This document shows, piece by piece, positions 28,301 through 37,240 of a DNA stretch of 64,000 nt; position 1 is the first letter of the stretch, and each line of letters opens with the position of its first letter. The notes under the pieces were generated by a model. It did no database searches. It was not told the DNA's origin and saw only the letters and a program-made list of their open reading frames with translations. Source of the stretch: a virus. Both the position numbers and the translations under genes were made by a program. Location: IMG/VR virus record IMGVR_UViG_3300031420_000490; one strand, 5' to 3'.

Positions 28301-29451
28301 ACTCGTCCTCCAGGGCCGTTTAGCCTCTCCGAGTGTCCCCCGGCGAGGAGCAGCACATTGAGTGCTGCGTTGTAGTCTCGGTCCAGTCGCGCGCCGCAGT
28401 CGCACTGCCACTCTCTGATGGAGAGCGATTTCGGACCGTCGATTGTGCCACAGACCGCGCAGGCCTGTGAGGTGTAAGCTGGATTGACTCGCTCGACGCG
28501 AGTACCCAACCTCTTAGCCGCCTGTTCCACACAGGCAGCGAGCTGGCCAAGACCAGCGTCCATGAAGCTCTTGCTGAGCTTCGCTCTCACCAGCCCCTTG
28601 AGATTCAACGCCTCAAGGCTCACTGCTTGGTTTTCGCTAGCGAGCCTATAGGCGATCTTTCGAGATTGGTCAAGTCTCTGCGCAGCCACATGGGCATGTT
28701 GTTTTGCGAGCGCAAGTCGAGCTCGCTCTCGATTCTTTGAACCCTTCTGCTTGCGCGAGTGTTCTCGATTCAGCCGCGCGAGCTTTCGTTCTGCTCGACG
28801 GTAATGCTTCGGCGCAGCAACCTTATAGCGTGAACCGTCCTCTTTGACGACTGCAGCGAGATCAGTAAGCCCCAAGTCGATACCGGCTACTGGTCCTTCG
28901 AGCTTCGGCTCAGACAGCTGTTGTTGTACGGTGAAGCTCACAGTGTACTCGCCAGAAGGTGACAGCTTGAGTGTGACTCCAGTTGGTTCGCTGGGCAGCT
29001 CTCGCGTGAGCCGAAACTTCAGCCACGAACCCTGCTTAGGAATGCGTACTGCAGCCCACTTCCTGTTGAGCCGTTTCAACTTCAGACTACCGACACCATT
29101 CCAGGTGATGGAGCCGCCACTTCGCTTCCTCTTGAAGTGAGGTTTACCAGGCCGATTCCTACGCTGGCCAGCTAGACCCTTGAAGAATTCGTTGTAGGCA
29201 CTTTCAGCCTGTCGTCGAGCCTGTTCGGCTATTTTCTGTGGATACTTACGCATCCAAGCATAGTTAGATGGAAGCATGCCGTACCGGTCGAGTGGAACTA
29301 CCTTGGGCTGCTCTTTCCGATACACTCGTTCTTTCTGCCAGAGGTAGTCGTTGTAGACAGCGCGGGCTGCACCAAAGGCTCCAGCAAGCCATTCTTGCTG
29401 CACAAAAGTTGGTTGCGCGCAATAGCTGTACTTAACCGTTTGAGTATACAT
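28153..29451 (-). CDS. tnpB: RNA-guided endonuclease TnpB
   Basis: N-terminal HTH; GIDLG, LEALN and DRDYNAA RuvC residues; CxxC/CxC zinc finger. Confidence 0.93.
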   Translation of the reverse strand: MYTQTVKYSYCAQPTFVQQEWLAGAFGAARAVYNDYLWQKERVYRKEQPKVVPLDRYGMLPSNYAWMRKYPQKIAEQARRQAESAYNEFFKGLAGQRRNRPGKPHFKRKRSGGSITWNGVGSLKLKRLNRKWAAVRIPKQGSWLKFRLTRELPSEPTGVTLKLSPSGEYTVSFTVQQQLSEPKLEGPVAGIDLGLTDLAAVVKEDGSRYKVAAPKHYRRAERKLARLNREHSRKQKGSKNRERARLALAKQHAHVAAQRLDQSRKIAYRLASENQAVSLEALNLKGLVRAKLSKSFMDAGLGQLAACVEQAAKRLGTRVERVNPAYTSQACAVCGTIDGPKSLSIREWQCDCGARLDRDYNAALNVLLLAGGHSERLNGPGGRVSREELAKPADLAVSTEGTTSYKAYRPRRRRTRAKSQARRVSLKAQASI

Positions 29452-29545
29452 CGCTTCCCAACTGACTCCATTTCACAATACCAAACCGACACCTTTAGCT
29501 AAGACTCCATTGACAAGTCATGTTCGATCAGTGTAAGATCCGTCC

Positions 29546-30064
29546 ATGACCACCATGACCACCATGAACGCCAGCGCCGAAGCGCGAGAGAAGATCTACC
29601 TCAACCAGCTCCGCAACCACGCGATCCGCAGCCCGCAGGATCTCACTCCGGGCGAGCGAGTGATCTTCGCCCACATCCCGGAGCACCTCGACGGTGACTC
29701 CTTCGAGGGCACCAAGGACATCAGCGGAGAGCTCGTCACCATCGAGGAGATCGTGGAGAAGTCCCGCCACGAGCTCCATCCCCGCAAGGAGCGCTACGAG
29801 GGCGACGAGAAGAAGAGCCTCGTGGTGATCTTCACCGATCAGCGAGGTCGCCAGGGCTACCACTACGCCACCGACTGCGGCCTCGAGCTCTACAACGGGG
29901 TGCTCAACACCACCAACATCGTGGCGAGTGCTGACAGGCTCGAGGAGCGCGGCTGGGAGCCCGTCCTCGAACCCTCCAAGGGCTATGCCAAGGACCTCAA
30001 GCGCTACAACAAGCGCTTCAACCGCTGGAACGGCCAGGTTGCTGGCTACGACCGAAACCGCTAG
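29546..30064 (+). CDS. hypothetical protein, one copy of a repeated domain, leaderless
   Basis: TTGACA-18-TAAGAT, 6 nt, ATG. Confidence 0.8.
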   Translation: MTTMTTMNASAEAREKIYLNQLRNHAIRSPQDLTPGERVIFAHIPEHLDGDSFEGTKDISGELVTIEEIVEKSRHELHPRKERYEGDEKKSLVVIFTDQRGRQGYHYATDCGLELYNGVLNTTNIVASADRLEERGWEPVLEPSKGYAKDLKRYNKRFNRWNGQVAGYDRNR

Positions 30065-30076
30065 AAGGAGAAGGCC

Positions 30077-31099
30077 ATGAAGACACTGCACATCGATGAG
30101 CTCCAGGAGTTCGCTCTCCGGGATCTGAACCGGCTCAAGCCCGGCGCTGAAGCACTCCAGCTCCACATCCCCGACCTCTCCGAGGAACCGGGTATCTTCG
30201 CTTCCATGCGGGCAGCCTGGGCTACTCGGATCACCGTTCACCGGGCTGGGGAGATCGCCTACCACGAGCTCGAGCCCGACGCGCCTCGCAGCCCCGGCGA
30301 CGAGGATCGGAAGCTCCCGGTCTACACCTTCACGGACGAGAACGGCCACTCGGACTACCGCTTCTCCTCGGATGCGGGCATCGAGCCCTACGGCTCGGGG
30401 ATCTACAACTCCACCAACAGCCTGGTGCTTCTCGAGGACCTGGAGAAGGCCGGAGTCGAGGTTCTCATGGAGCCCTCGCCAGCTCTTCAGGCAGCCCTCG
30501 ACGCTGACCGGGAGGCCCGGGAGGCTAAGCAGCGCGCCGAAGAGGCCAAGGATGCTCCCGAGGCCGTCGCGGCCCGAGCCGCCGAGGCCATGGAGAAGGC
30601 TGCCGACAGGGGCAGCATCTACCTCGACGAGCTCAAGGACCTAGCGGTTCGCAACAGCGAGGAGCTCACTCCTGGCACCGAGGTGATCTTCGTCCACCTC
30701 CCGGATCTGCGCCACCCGGAGAACCGGGACTCCAAGGACTCCGCCCACGGCCAGGTCGGCGTCATCACTGAGGTTGGGCTCATGTATCCGAGCGACCTCT
30801 CGGGACTCAAGCGCCTCGATAACGAGGAGCAGCACACCATGATCCTCTACACCGAGGGCGACGACAGGCAGCGCCACCGCTACGCGGCTGACTCGGGTGT
30901 GGAGCCCTACAGCCACTCCGGAGGCGCTAGGCCCTGGTACAACCCCACCAACTTCACGGTGCTCCTCGCTCCCCTCAACGAGGCTGGCATCTCGGTCGAG
31001 CTCGATGTGACTCCGGAGTTCGCCGAGAAGCTCGAGGCCTACAACAGGCAGATCGTCGTTCGGGACTACAGCGACTACTACCTGGACACTGAGTACTGA
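30077..31099 (+). CDS. hypothetical protein with two copies of the 29546 domain
   Basis: I.L.EL...A.R....L.PG....H.P / D.G.E.Y...N.TN repeats. Confidence 0.8.
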   Translation: MKTLHIDELQEFALRDLNRLKPGAEALQLHIPDLSEEPGIFASMRAAWATRITVHRAGEIAYHELEPDAPRSPGDEDRKLPVYTFTDENGHSDYRFSSDAGIEPYGSGIYNSTNSLVLLEDLEKAGVEVLMEPSPALQAALDADREAREAKQRAEEAKDAPEAVAARAAEAMEKAADRGSIYLDELKDLAVRNSEELTPGTEVIFVHLPDLRHPENRDSKDSAHGQVGVITEVGLMYPSDLSGLKRLDNEEQHTMILYTEGDDRQRHRYAADSGVEPYSHSGGARPWYNPTNFTVLLAPLNEAGISVELDVTPEFAEKLEAYNRQIVVRDYSDYYLDTEY

Positions 31100-31167
31100 A
31101 CCCCTCCGCTCGTAGCCATAGCCTCAGCCCACAGAATCCGTCAGAACTGAGCTCAGAAAGCAGACAG

Positions 31168-31470
31168 ATGTTCGATAGTCAGCGCATCCTCCACCACATC
31201 CCCAGCGGCAACCGCTGGATCATCCACCCGGATGACTATGAGGCCATCCTCGAGGACCAGGGCTACGCCCAGGAAGACACTGAACTCCTCACCGTGGATC
31301 AGGCGAAGCCCGATGAGATCGCTGAGATGGTGGGCAACTACTTCGAGGACGAGAACTACCACTCCCTGGCGGGAGCTCCCCGCAGCTTCCTCAGGGAGAT
31401 GCGGGAGGACGGCAGCTTCAGCGAGGAGCAGCAGGTCAAGGTTCTGAAGATGATCGCGGGGCTCATGTGA
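31168..31470 (+). CDS. hypothetical protein
   Basis: Typical codon usage. Confidence 0.65.
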   Translation: MFDSQRILHHIPSGNRWIIHPDDYEAILEDQGYAQEDTELLTVDQAKPDEIAEMVGNYFEDENYHSLAGAPRSFLREMREDGSFSEEQQVKVLKMIAGLM

Positions 31471-31715
31471 GCGGCCAGCAGAAGCTCAAGCTCCCCGTGA
31501 TCCGAGCCTCCCTGGTGAAGCTCGGCTCGGAGATGATCCGCCGTCAGAGTAGCGGCGAGCCCGTGGTCTTCCGGGCCGTGAAGCTCACCACCTACTGGAC
31601 GGGGGTGCCCTCGAAGCTCGACGGCTACGCATCGGACTGGCACAGTAGCGAGCGCCGCTGGGTACCAGTGACAGAGCTCGAAGATGGACAGGTCGAGCTG
31701 GAGCGTTTGGTCTGA
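31467..31715 (+). CDS. hypothetical protein
   Basis: GTGA overlap. Confidence 0.6.
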   Translation: MSGQQKLKLPVIRASLVKLGSEMIRRQSSGEPVVFRAVKLTTYWTGVPSKLDGYASDWHSSERRWVPVTELEDGQVELERLV

Positions 31716-31929
31716 GAGGATTCTGCATCTGAGATTCCACATGTGTCATTAGAGATCGGTGCCACAATGGCCCGGAAGCGAACTGGTTGATAGCTTAGGC
31801 TGACACCGGATTTCGCTTTCGGGCCATCTGTGATGTATATTGCCACTGTAAACCGGCACCAACGGCAACCATGCACCACAGCTCCGTTCAACCAGCGGAG
31901 CTCGTCTCTCTCAAGGAAACCTACTTCAG

Positions 31930-33294
31930 ATGATCTCCAAGTACCTCGTGCCAGCTCTGGCCGCGACAGTCCTCCTCGCGGGACTCACCGCAACCCCAGC
32001 TTCGGCGCTCACGGGCTCCGAAAGCACTCCGTCGCCGACAGCTACGGCCACTGACAGCTCGACGCCTACTCAGAGCCCGACAGCGACCTCCACAGCTCAG
32101 CCCGTGGCGCCTTCCCCCACGGCTACCGCCCAGCCAGTGGCTCCCACCAAGAGCGCTGCACCGGCACCCACACAGACGACGGCCACGGAACAGCCAGCAC
32201 CTTCTCCCACGCAGGCGCCATCGCTGAAGTCGACGGTGCTCACCGGAGATCTCTCTGGCAAGGGCTTCGCTTTCCCCAAGCGCGAGTGGAAGAAGATCCA
32301 GGGCACCGCATCGAGCGCAGCTTCGGGCCGCTACTTCGAGATCCAGGTCTACAGGCCCGCCACCAAGGGCTGGGAGAAGCTCACCTACGGCTACACCTCC
32401 GCCAATGGAGCCTGGTACGCCTACCTCGACTCGACCACGGACGACAGCCAGATCCTGAGATTCACCTTCCCGAAGGCTGACAGCAGCTACGCTGCCTACA
32501 CGGGACCGAGCACAACGGTGACCCGCACCAAGGGCACCTTCGCCATCAACACCACCCAGAATCCGACCACCATCCACGGCGTTCCCTGGGAGCAGCGCGA
32601 GTTCAAGATCTGGACCTCGATCTACACGGACAAGCTCACCGCTCAGCTCGAGCGCTACGACGGGAAGAAGTGGATCAAGGTCTCCAGCCTTACTACCAAC
32701 AGGTCGCAGTACCAGTACAGCTTCAAGCTCCCCAAGGGCAACAGCAAGTCCAAGGATCAGACACTGAAGTACCGGGTCACCATGCCCGCCTCGACCTACT
32801 ACGGTGCGGTGAGCTCTAAGGCCATCGATGTGCGCTGGGAGAACCCCAACTTCTACAAGGGTACTCAGAAGACCGCCTACGGCTACGCTGCGAGCAAGTG
32901 CCCTGCCATGCTGGTCCGCATGGACGCTGGCCTTGCTAAGAAGAACCGCTGGGGCGAGGCAGCGCTGAGCTACAATGGCACCAAGTACTACAAGATTTAC
33001 ACGAAGATCCCCGCGAAGCACCTGAAGACAGTGGTGCTCCACGAGTGCAGCCACTTCTACCAGTTCGCCACCTCCATCAACGCCAACAACAAGGGCTGGG
33101 ATGCCTACAAGGCAGCTGCCAACAAGCTCATGGGCACCAAGGGCGACATGGGCATGGAGCGAGTCAACGAGTGCATGTCCGACACCTGGGCGAAGCACAG
33201 CTACTGGAGCTACGGTGCCTCGGCCAAGCTCTGCAGTCAGCCCAAGGTCAAGGACTTCGTGCAGAAGTCGCTGAAGGGGCAGAAGGTCACCTAG
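31930..33294 (+). CDS. secreted protein: Thr/Pro linker, Ig-like domains, C-terminal HExxH metallopeptidase-like domain
   Basis: Signal peptide ...PASA; VLHECSH...ERVNE. Confidence 0.75.
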   Translation: MISKYLVPALAATVLLAGLTATPASALTGSESTPSPTATATDSSTPTQSPTATSTAQPVAPSPTATAQPVAPTKSAAPAPTQTTATEQPAPSPTQAPSLKSTVLTGDLSGKGFAFPKREWKKIQGTASSAASGRYFEIQVYRPATKGWEKLTYGYTSANGAWYAYLDSTTDDSQILRFTFPKADSSYAAYTGPSTTVTRTKGTFAINTTQNPTTIHGVPWEQREFKIWTSIYTDKLTAQLERYDGKKWIKVSSLTTNRSQYQYSFKLPKGNSKSKDQTLKYRVTMPASTYYGAVSSKAIDVRWENPNFYKGTQKTAYGYAASKCPAMLVRMDAGLAKKNRWGEAALSYNGTKYYKIYTKIPAKHLKTVVLHECSHFYQFATSINANNKGWDAYKAAANKLMGTKGDMGMERVNECMSDTWAKHSYWSYGASAKLCSQPKVKDFVQKSLKGQKVT

Positions 33295-33320
33295 GACCTG
33301 AACTCGTCTAGAAGAACTAC

Positions 33321-33366
33321 GAGCGAGGCCGCAACTTTTCTCTTCGGAGGGGTTGCGGCCTCGCTC
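33321..33366 (+). terminator. hairpin terminator containing the next -35
   Basis: Perfect 15-bp inverted repeat with UUCG core; TTGCGG in the 3' arm. Confidence 0.7.
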
Positions 33367-33430
33367 GGTCTTCGTATAGGTTAGAAACACCACCACATCA
33401 GCACGACCTGTCCTCGAAGGAGAGCCCCTC

Positions 33431-33637
33431 ATGGAAACCACCCCGATCCACACCGGCATGATCCCCGTGCAGCTCATCAAGATCAACGAGGATCAAGAGA
33501 TCGCGGTGATCCTCGAGGAGGGTGAGAAGTTCAACCGGGGTGTGAACCTCTGGCAGGTCGAGGGCCACGAGCGCAAGTCCGACGGCCTCCGCTCCTGGAA
33601 GTACCGGATCACGGACTCCCTGGTTGCCGCGAACTGA
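33431..33637 (+). CDS. small hypothetical protein
   Basis: AAGGAG RBS; TTGCGG-18-TAGGTT promoter. Confidence 0.7.
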   Translation: METTPIHTGMIPVQLIKINEDQEIAVILEEGEKFNRGVNLWQVEGHERKSDGLRSWKYRITDSLVAAN

Positions 33638-33753
33638 TAGTCCGACTTCTTCCTCCAGGAAGATCAGTTTGCCAGGAAGGTTGACCCCTCCGCTCATCCT
33701 GTGTACAGTTGCTGTCACACCACACTCCGCCACAAACTCTCCGGGAGCATCCC

Positions 33754-34056
33754 ATGGCCACCGCCACCGTCCTCGACACCTCGAAGCCCGTCCTCTACAT
33801 CGACCCCGCCCTGAGCTCCGACTCCTCGGTACTCCGCAAGGCTCTCTTCGACCTCAAGTCGGTGGAGAAAGTCCTGGACACCGTCTCAGAGCACGACGGG
33901 CGCCGCTCGGACGCTCTGGATGAGTCCCTGGACTCGGCTCGAGTCGCTCTGGGCACCACGAAGGAAGCGCTCATCGAGGCCTACTCCATCGCCGCCACCG
34001 AGGAGGCCTACGGCGAGGACTTCGACGCGAAGCTCCTCGAGGCCGTCGCAGCCTAA
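33754..34056 (+). CDS. hypothetical protein
   Basis: TTGACC-17-TACAGT promoter; GGGAG RBS. Confidence 0.75.
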   Translation: MATATVLDTSKPVLYIDPALSSDSSVLRKALFDLKSVEKVLDTVSEHDGRRSDALDESLDSARVALGTTKEALIEAYSIAATEEAYGEDFDAKLLEAVAA

Positions 34057-34073
34057 GTCCCCAGCAAGTCTCA

Positions 34074-34106
34074 AAGGTCCGGTAGCCTCAACGGTTGCCG
34101 GACCTT
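34074..34106 (+). terminator. stem-loop terminator
   Basis: AAGGTCCGGTAGC/GTTGCCGGACCTT. Confidence 0.6.
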
Positions 34107-34156
34107 CCTGCTGTTCGGGGGTTGCGGCCAAGGTCCAGAAGGCATATGATGCATCC

Positions 34157-34366
34157 ATGGACAACATCACCAACTACTACATTATGACCAGCGGCACCAC
34201 TGGTCAGCCGGGAGTAGACGATGCGCAGATCGGCTACATCATCCTCGCGATCCTCGGGGTAGTCATCCTCATCGGCCTTGTGTCCGTAGCCATCCTCACA
34301 ATCAAAGACCTTCGCCCCACATTCCGCTACCCTCGCCTCCGCATGTTCCGCCGCATCAAGAGGTAG
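34157..34366 (+). CDS. small single-pass membrane protein, leaderless
   Basis: TTGCGG...TATGAT, 6 nt, ATG; one TM helix and a basic tail. Confidence 0.7.
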   Translation: MDNITNYYIMTSGTTGQPGVDDAQIGYIILAILGVVILIGLVSVAILTIKDLRPTFRYPRLRMFRRIKR

Positions 34367-34406
34367 CTCCACAGCTCAGGATCGCAATGGGCTGAACCCA
34401 CAGCAC

Positions 34407-34450
34407 AGCACGGAAGCCCGGTAGCTATTTGGCCGCCGGGCTTCCGTGCT
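34407..34450 (+). terminator. stem-loop terminator
   Basis: AGCACGGAAGCCCGG/CCGGGCTTCCGTGCT. Confidence 0.65.
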
Positions 34451-34526
34451 CTTCGAGAGCTCCGGCGAGAGTGAACCCCTTCGACTATGGGTTGCGAGGA
34501 GTGAGCCGAAGGCATATGATGGACCC

Positions 34527-34871
34527 ATGACCGCCGAATCGAAGCCCACCACCGACCGCTGGGGTATCCCCGAGCCCGTCGTGCCCGTGATCCCTCAGGA
34601 ACAGGTCCTGGACTTCCTCCAGAACGCTCCCGGTGGTTCGCTCATCGAGATCTACGATGACATCTACCAGAAGGGCTACTCGGCCTCGAAGAACGAGTGG
34701 CTCCACCTCAACGAGATCATGGACTACGAGTACCACAGCTCCACTCCCGAGCGACTCCTGGAGAACTCGGGGTCCATCCCGGTCTTCCTGGTTCGCTTCG
34801 GCGAGGGGAACCACAGCAAGGCCATGGAGGCGGAGCGAGAGGCTCGACTCAAGGCCGAGAACAACTCCTAA
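34527..34871 (+). CDS. hypothetical protein, leaderless
   Basis: TTGCGA...TATGAT, 6 nt, ATG. Confidence 0.75.
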   Translation: MTAESKPTTDRWGIPEPVVPVIPQEQVLDFLQNAPGGSLIEIYDDIYQKGYSASKNEWLHLNEIMDYEYHSSTPERLLENSGSIPVFLVRFGEGNHSKAMEAEREARLKAENNS

Positions 34872-34920
34872 GCATCTCCACCACACAGCAACTTCACTCA
34901 CCACAGGAATCGAGAGACAG

Positions 34921-35313
34921 ATGTCCGAAACGCTGACAGCTCAGCGCAAGATCACCATCGGCCCCGAGGGTGCCCCGACCTACATCGGTGAGTTCCACGC
35001 CCGCTACGGCGACGAGGAGCAGTCCTACCACAGCTACTGCAGCGACCACCCCGACTTCGGCACCTGCGGCTTCGAGGACGAGGCTCGGCGTGCGGCAGAG
35101 GCTCACCTCCGCCGAGCCCACGCAGAGCTCCTTCCCATCGAAGGAGGCATCGTGGTCATCGAAGACGAGCTCAAGACCGAGTTTCTCTACCGGCTTCGGA
35201 CGGCGGCGGCTCTGGCTCTGGGTCGAGGCAAGCGCGGCGAGAAGCTCCCGGAGAGCTTCATCGAGGACGAGGCGATCTCCGCCGTGGAGACCCTGAAGGC
35301 GAAGGGGGAGTAG
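34921..35313 (+). CDS. hypothetical protein with a C/H cluster
   Basis: C..H....C...H...H; RBS. Confidence 0.65.
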   Translation: MSETLTAQRKITIGPEGAPTYIGEFHARYGDEEQSYHSYCSDHPDFGTCGFEDEARRAAEAHLRRAHAELLPIEGGIVVIEDELKTEFLYRLRTAAALALGRGKRGEKLPESFIEDEAISAVETLKAKGE

Positions 35314-35316
35314 CCC

Positions 35317-36192
35317 ATGTCCCGTGAGGTCCGTCGAGTACCCCTCGACTTCCAGTGGCCCCTCCACAAGGTCTGGGAGGGCTACATCATGCCCGAGTCC
35401 CTCTCCGAGGAGGACTGCCCCGACTGTGAGCTCGGCTACACCCCCGAGGCGCAGCGCTTCTACGATCAGTGGTGGTACAACCGAGTACCCTTCGATCCCG
35501 CCGACACGGGCTCCACACCCTTCCTCCCAGAAGGTCCCGAGGCACAGCGCTGGGCGAAACGCCAGATCGAGCAGTCTCCCGAGTTCTATGGCACTGGTGA
35601 GCTCGCCATCGCCCGGGAGGCGAAGCGCATCACCGATCTCTGGAACAGCGGCTGGGGCCATCACCTGAGCCAGGAAGATGTGGACGCGCTCGTCGAGGCC
35701 GATCAGCTCCTCGACTTCACCCACGAGTTCATCTCCGGCCAGGGCTGGGTCAAGCGCGAGGACGCTCCCCACCCCACGGCGGCAGAGGTCAACAGCTGGG
35801 GACTCTTCGGCCTCGGCCTCGGCTCCAGCGCTGCCTTCACCTGCGTGGCGGCTCGAGCGAAGCGGGAGGGTGTTCAGCTCCTCTGCTCAACCTGTGAGGG
35901 CCACGGATCGGTGGAAGCCTACCCCGGTCAGCGCGCGAAGGCCGAGGCCTGGGAACCCGTCGATCCTCCGGTGGGCGAGGGCTGGCAGCTCTGGGAGAGC
36001 ACCTCCGAGGGCTCCCCCATCACTCCGGTCTTCGAGAGCGCTGAGGCCCTCGGCGCCTATCTCTACGCCCACCCGAACCTCTTCGGCCCGGGCTGGAAGG
36101 TCCAGGACAAGGCATCTGTGATCAGCTGGGTTCAGGGTAACGGCTGGATCCCCAGTGGGATCTTCCCCGAGGAAAAGGCGGTCGTCCAGTGA
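35317..36192 (+). CDS. conserved hypothetical protein with two widely separated CxxC motifs
   Basis: CPDCELG and CSTCEGHG; GWQLWE..SEGSP..PVF. Confidence 0.8.
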   Translation: MSREVRRVPLDFQWPLHKVWEGYIMPESLSEEDCPDCELGYTPEAQRFYDQWWYNRVPFDPADTGSTPFLPEGPEAQRWAKRQIEQSPEFYGTGELAIAREAKRITDLWNSGWGHHLSQEDVDALVEADQLLDFTHEFISGQGWVKREDAPHPTAAEVNSWGLFGLGLGSSAAFTCVAARAKREGVQLLCSTCEGHGSVEAYPGQRAKAEAWEPVDPPVGEGWQLWESTSEGSPITPVFESAEALGAYLYAHPNLFGPGWKVQDKASVISWVQGNGWIPSGIFPEEKAVVQ

Positions 36193-36491
36193 GTGACAGC
36201 ATGGCCGGGAGCACGCCGAGCACCATCGAGGAGCTCATCGACTACCTCGAGGGGATCGCGCAGGAAGATCCGACGGCAGTGGCAACGACGAGGGTCGGAA
36301 CCTTCAACATGGAGCTCGAGTCCGAGCCGGAGTTCGAGGAGATAGCCGCTATGGTCCGGCTCAACGGCGGAATGGTGGCCTACACTCGCAGCCTGGAGGA
36401 AGATCGAGTCCACTGGACGGGGCTCACGATCCAGGCGAGCAACACGCTCACGGCCTGGTTCCTGCGTTCGGTTCTAGGCGACGGGCACTGA
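36189..36491 (+). CDS. hypothetical protein
   Basis: GTGA overlap. Confidence 0.6.
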   Translation: MSDSMAGSTPSTIEELIDYLEGIAQEDPTAVATTRVGTFNMELESEPEFEEIAAMVRLNGGMVAYTRSLEEDRVHWTGLTIQASNTLTAWFLRSVLGDGH

Positions 36492-36545
36492 CAGGATCAG
36501 TAGCTCGAATCCTCTGAGTTCAACTCTAGAGAAAGTAGCAAGCCA

Positions 36546-36620
36546 TTGGACACCACCATCAACAACAACATCTCAGTGAACAGCTTCGAGGAAATGGTCG
36601 AGATCCACAGGGGCAACTGA
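36546..36620 (+). CDS. 24-aa micro-ORF (MDTTINNNISVNSF...)
   Basis: TTG start in the same GACACCACC context as the MDTT genes; purine-rich RBS. Confidence 0.4.
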   Translation: MDTTINNNISVNSFEEMVEIHRGN

Positions 36621-36661
36621 GGCGACTGTTTCAGTCCTGTAAACACTGATTGCAGTGGACC

Positions 36662-36716
36662 CATGGCGGGTTCCTGACCGTTAGAGACTCTTCTCAAAGG
36701 TTAGGAGCCCGCCATG
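36662..36716 (+). promoter_or_regulatory. 18-bp hairpin sequestering the RBS and ATG of gene 36714
   Basis: CATGGCGGGTTCCTGACC pairs with GGTTAGGAGCCCGCCATG (two G-U pairs). Confidence 0.6.
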
Positions 36717-36998
36717 AGAACCATCCCCATCGAGAACATCCTCCAGGATCTTCAGTTCGTGGACCCGGAGCTGAGCTCCTTCATCGGCACCGAAGAGCTG
36801 CGACTCTCCGCGGATGAGCTCCAGCGTGCCGAAGAGCTCCTCGACCGGGCTCGCCGGGCTGGCGCCTCGGTGTCCTTCGACTCAGAGATAAGCTCAGGCA
36901 CGCTGATCTGGAGGAGCGTCTACTTTGCCGGGCCGACCACCGTGCTCCTCGCGCTCCTTCGGGGGCTCCAGGAGTGCACCGGAGGTCCGGGGCTCTAG
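36714..36998 (+). CDS. hypothetical protein
   Basis: AGGAG RBS. Confidence 0.65.
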   Translation: MRTIPIENILQDLQFVDPELSSFIGTEELRLSADELQRAEELLDRARRAGASVSFDSEISSGTLIWRSVYFAGPTTVLLALLRGLQECTGGPGL

Positions 36999-37240
36999 CT
37001 CGACTTCCGGGGTCGGGCTTTCGTGCTTTCTGCCGGTGTTCCTGGGGCTCTTTCGACAGCCTGAGCGCGCAGCCTAGAGCATCGACTACGGTGTTGCTCT
37101 AGGCTGCCTCGGCCGTCGATCTAGCCACACTTTCCCTCGAAGCGGTGCTTTCACATCACGATGCACCGAATGGCTGAACTGGTCAGAAGTTCACCTTCGG
37201 GGCTGTTAGATAGTTCTCCCAATACGAGGAGATCTACCCC

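Larger units (their letters stand above)
28117..29500 (-). mobile_element. IS200/IS605-family (IS1341-like, tnpB-only) element; left end approximate
   Basis: On the - strand a CCGCTC-N7-GAGCGG hairpin then GGATGTCAA (28117) marks the right end; lower GC; no tnpA in the window. Confidence 0.7.

Noticed and set aside
31733-31748. TTCCACATGTG as a second parS
   Set aside because: The right half does not match GTGAAAC.
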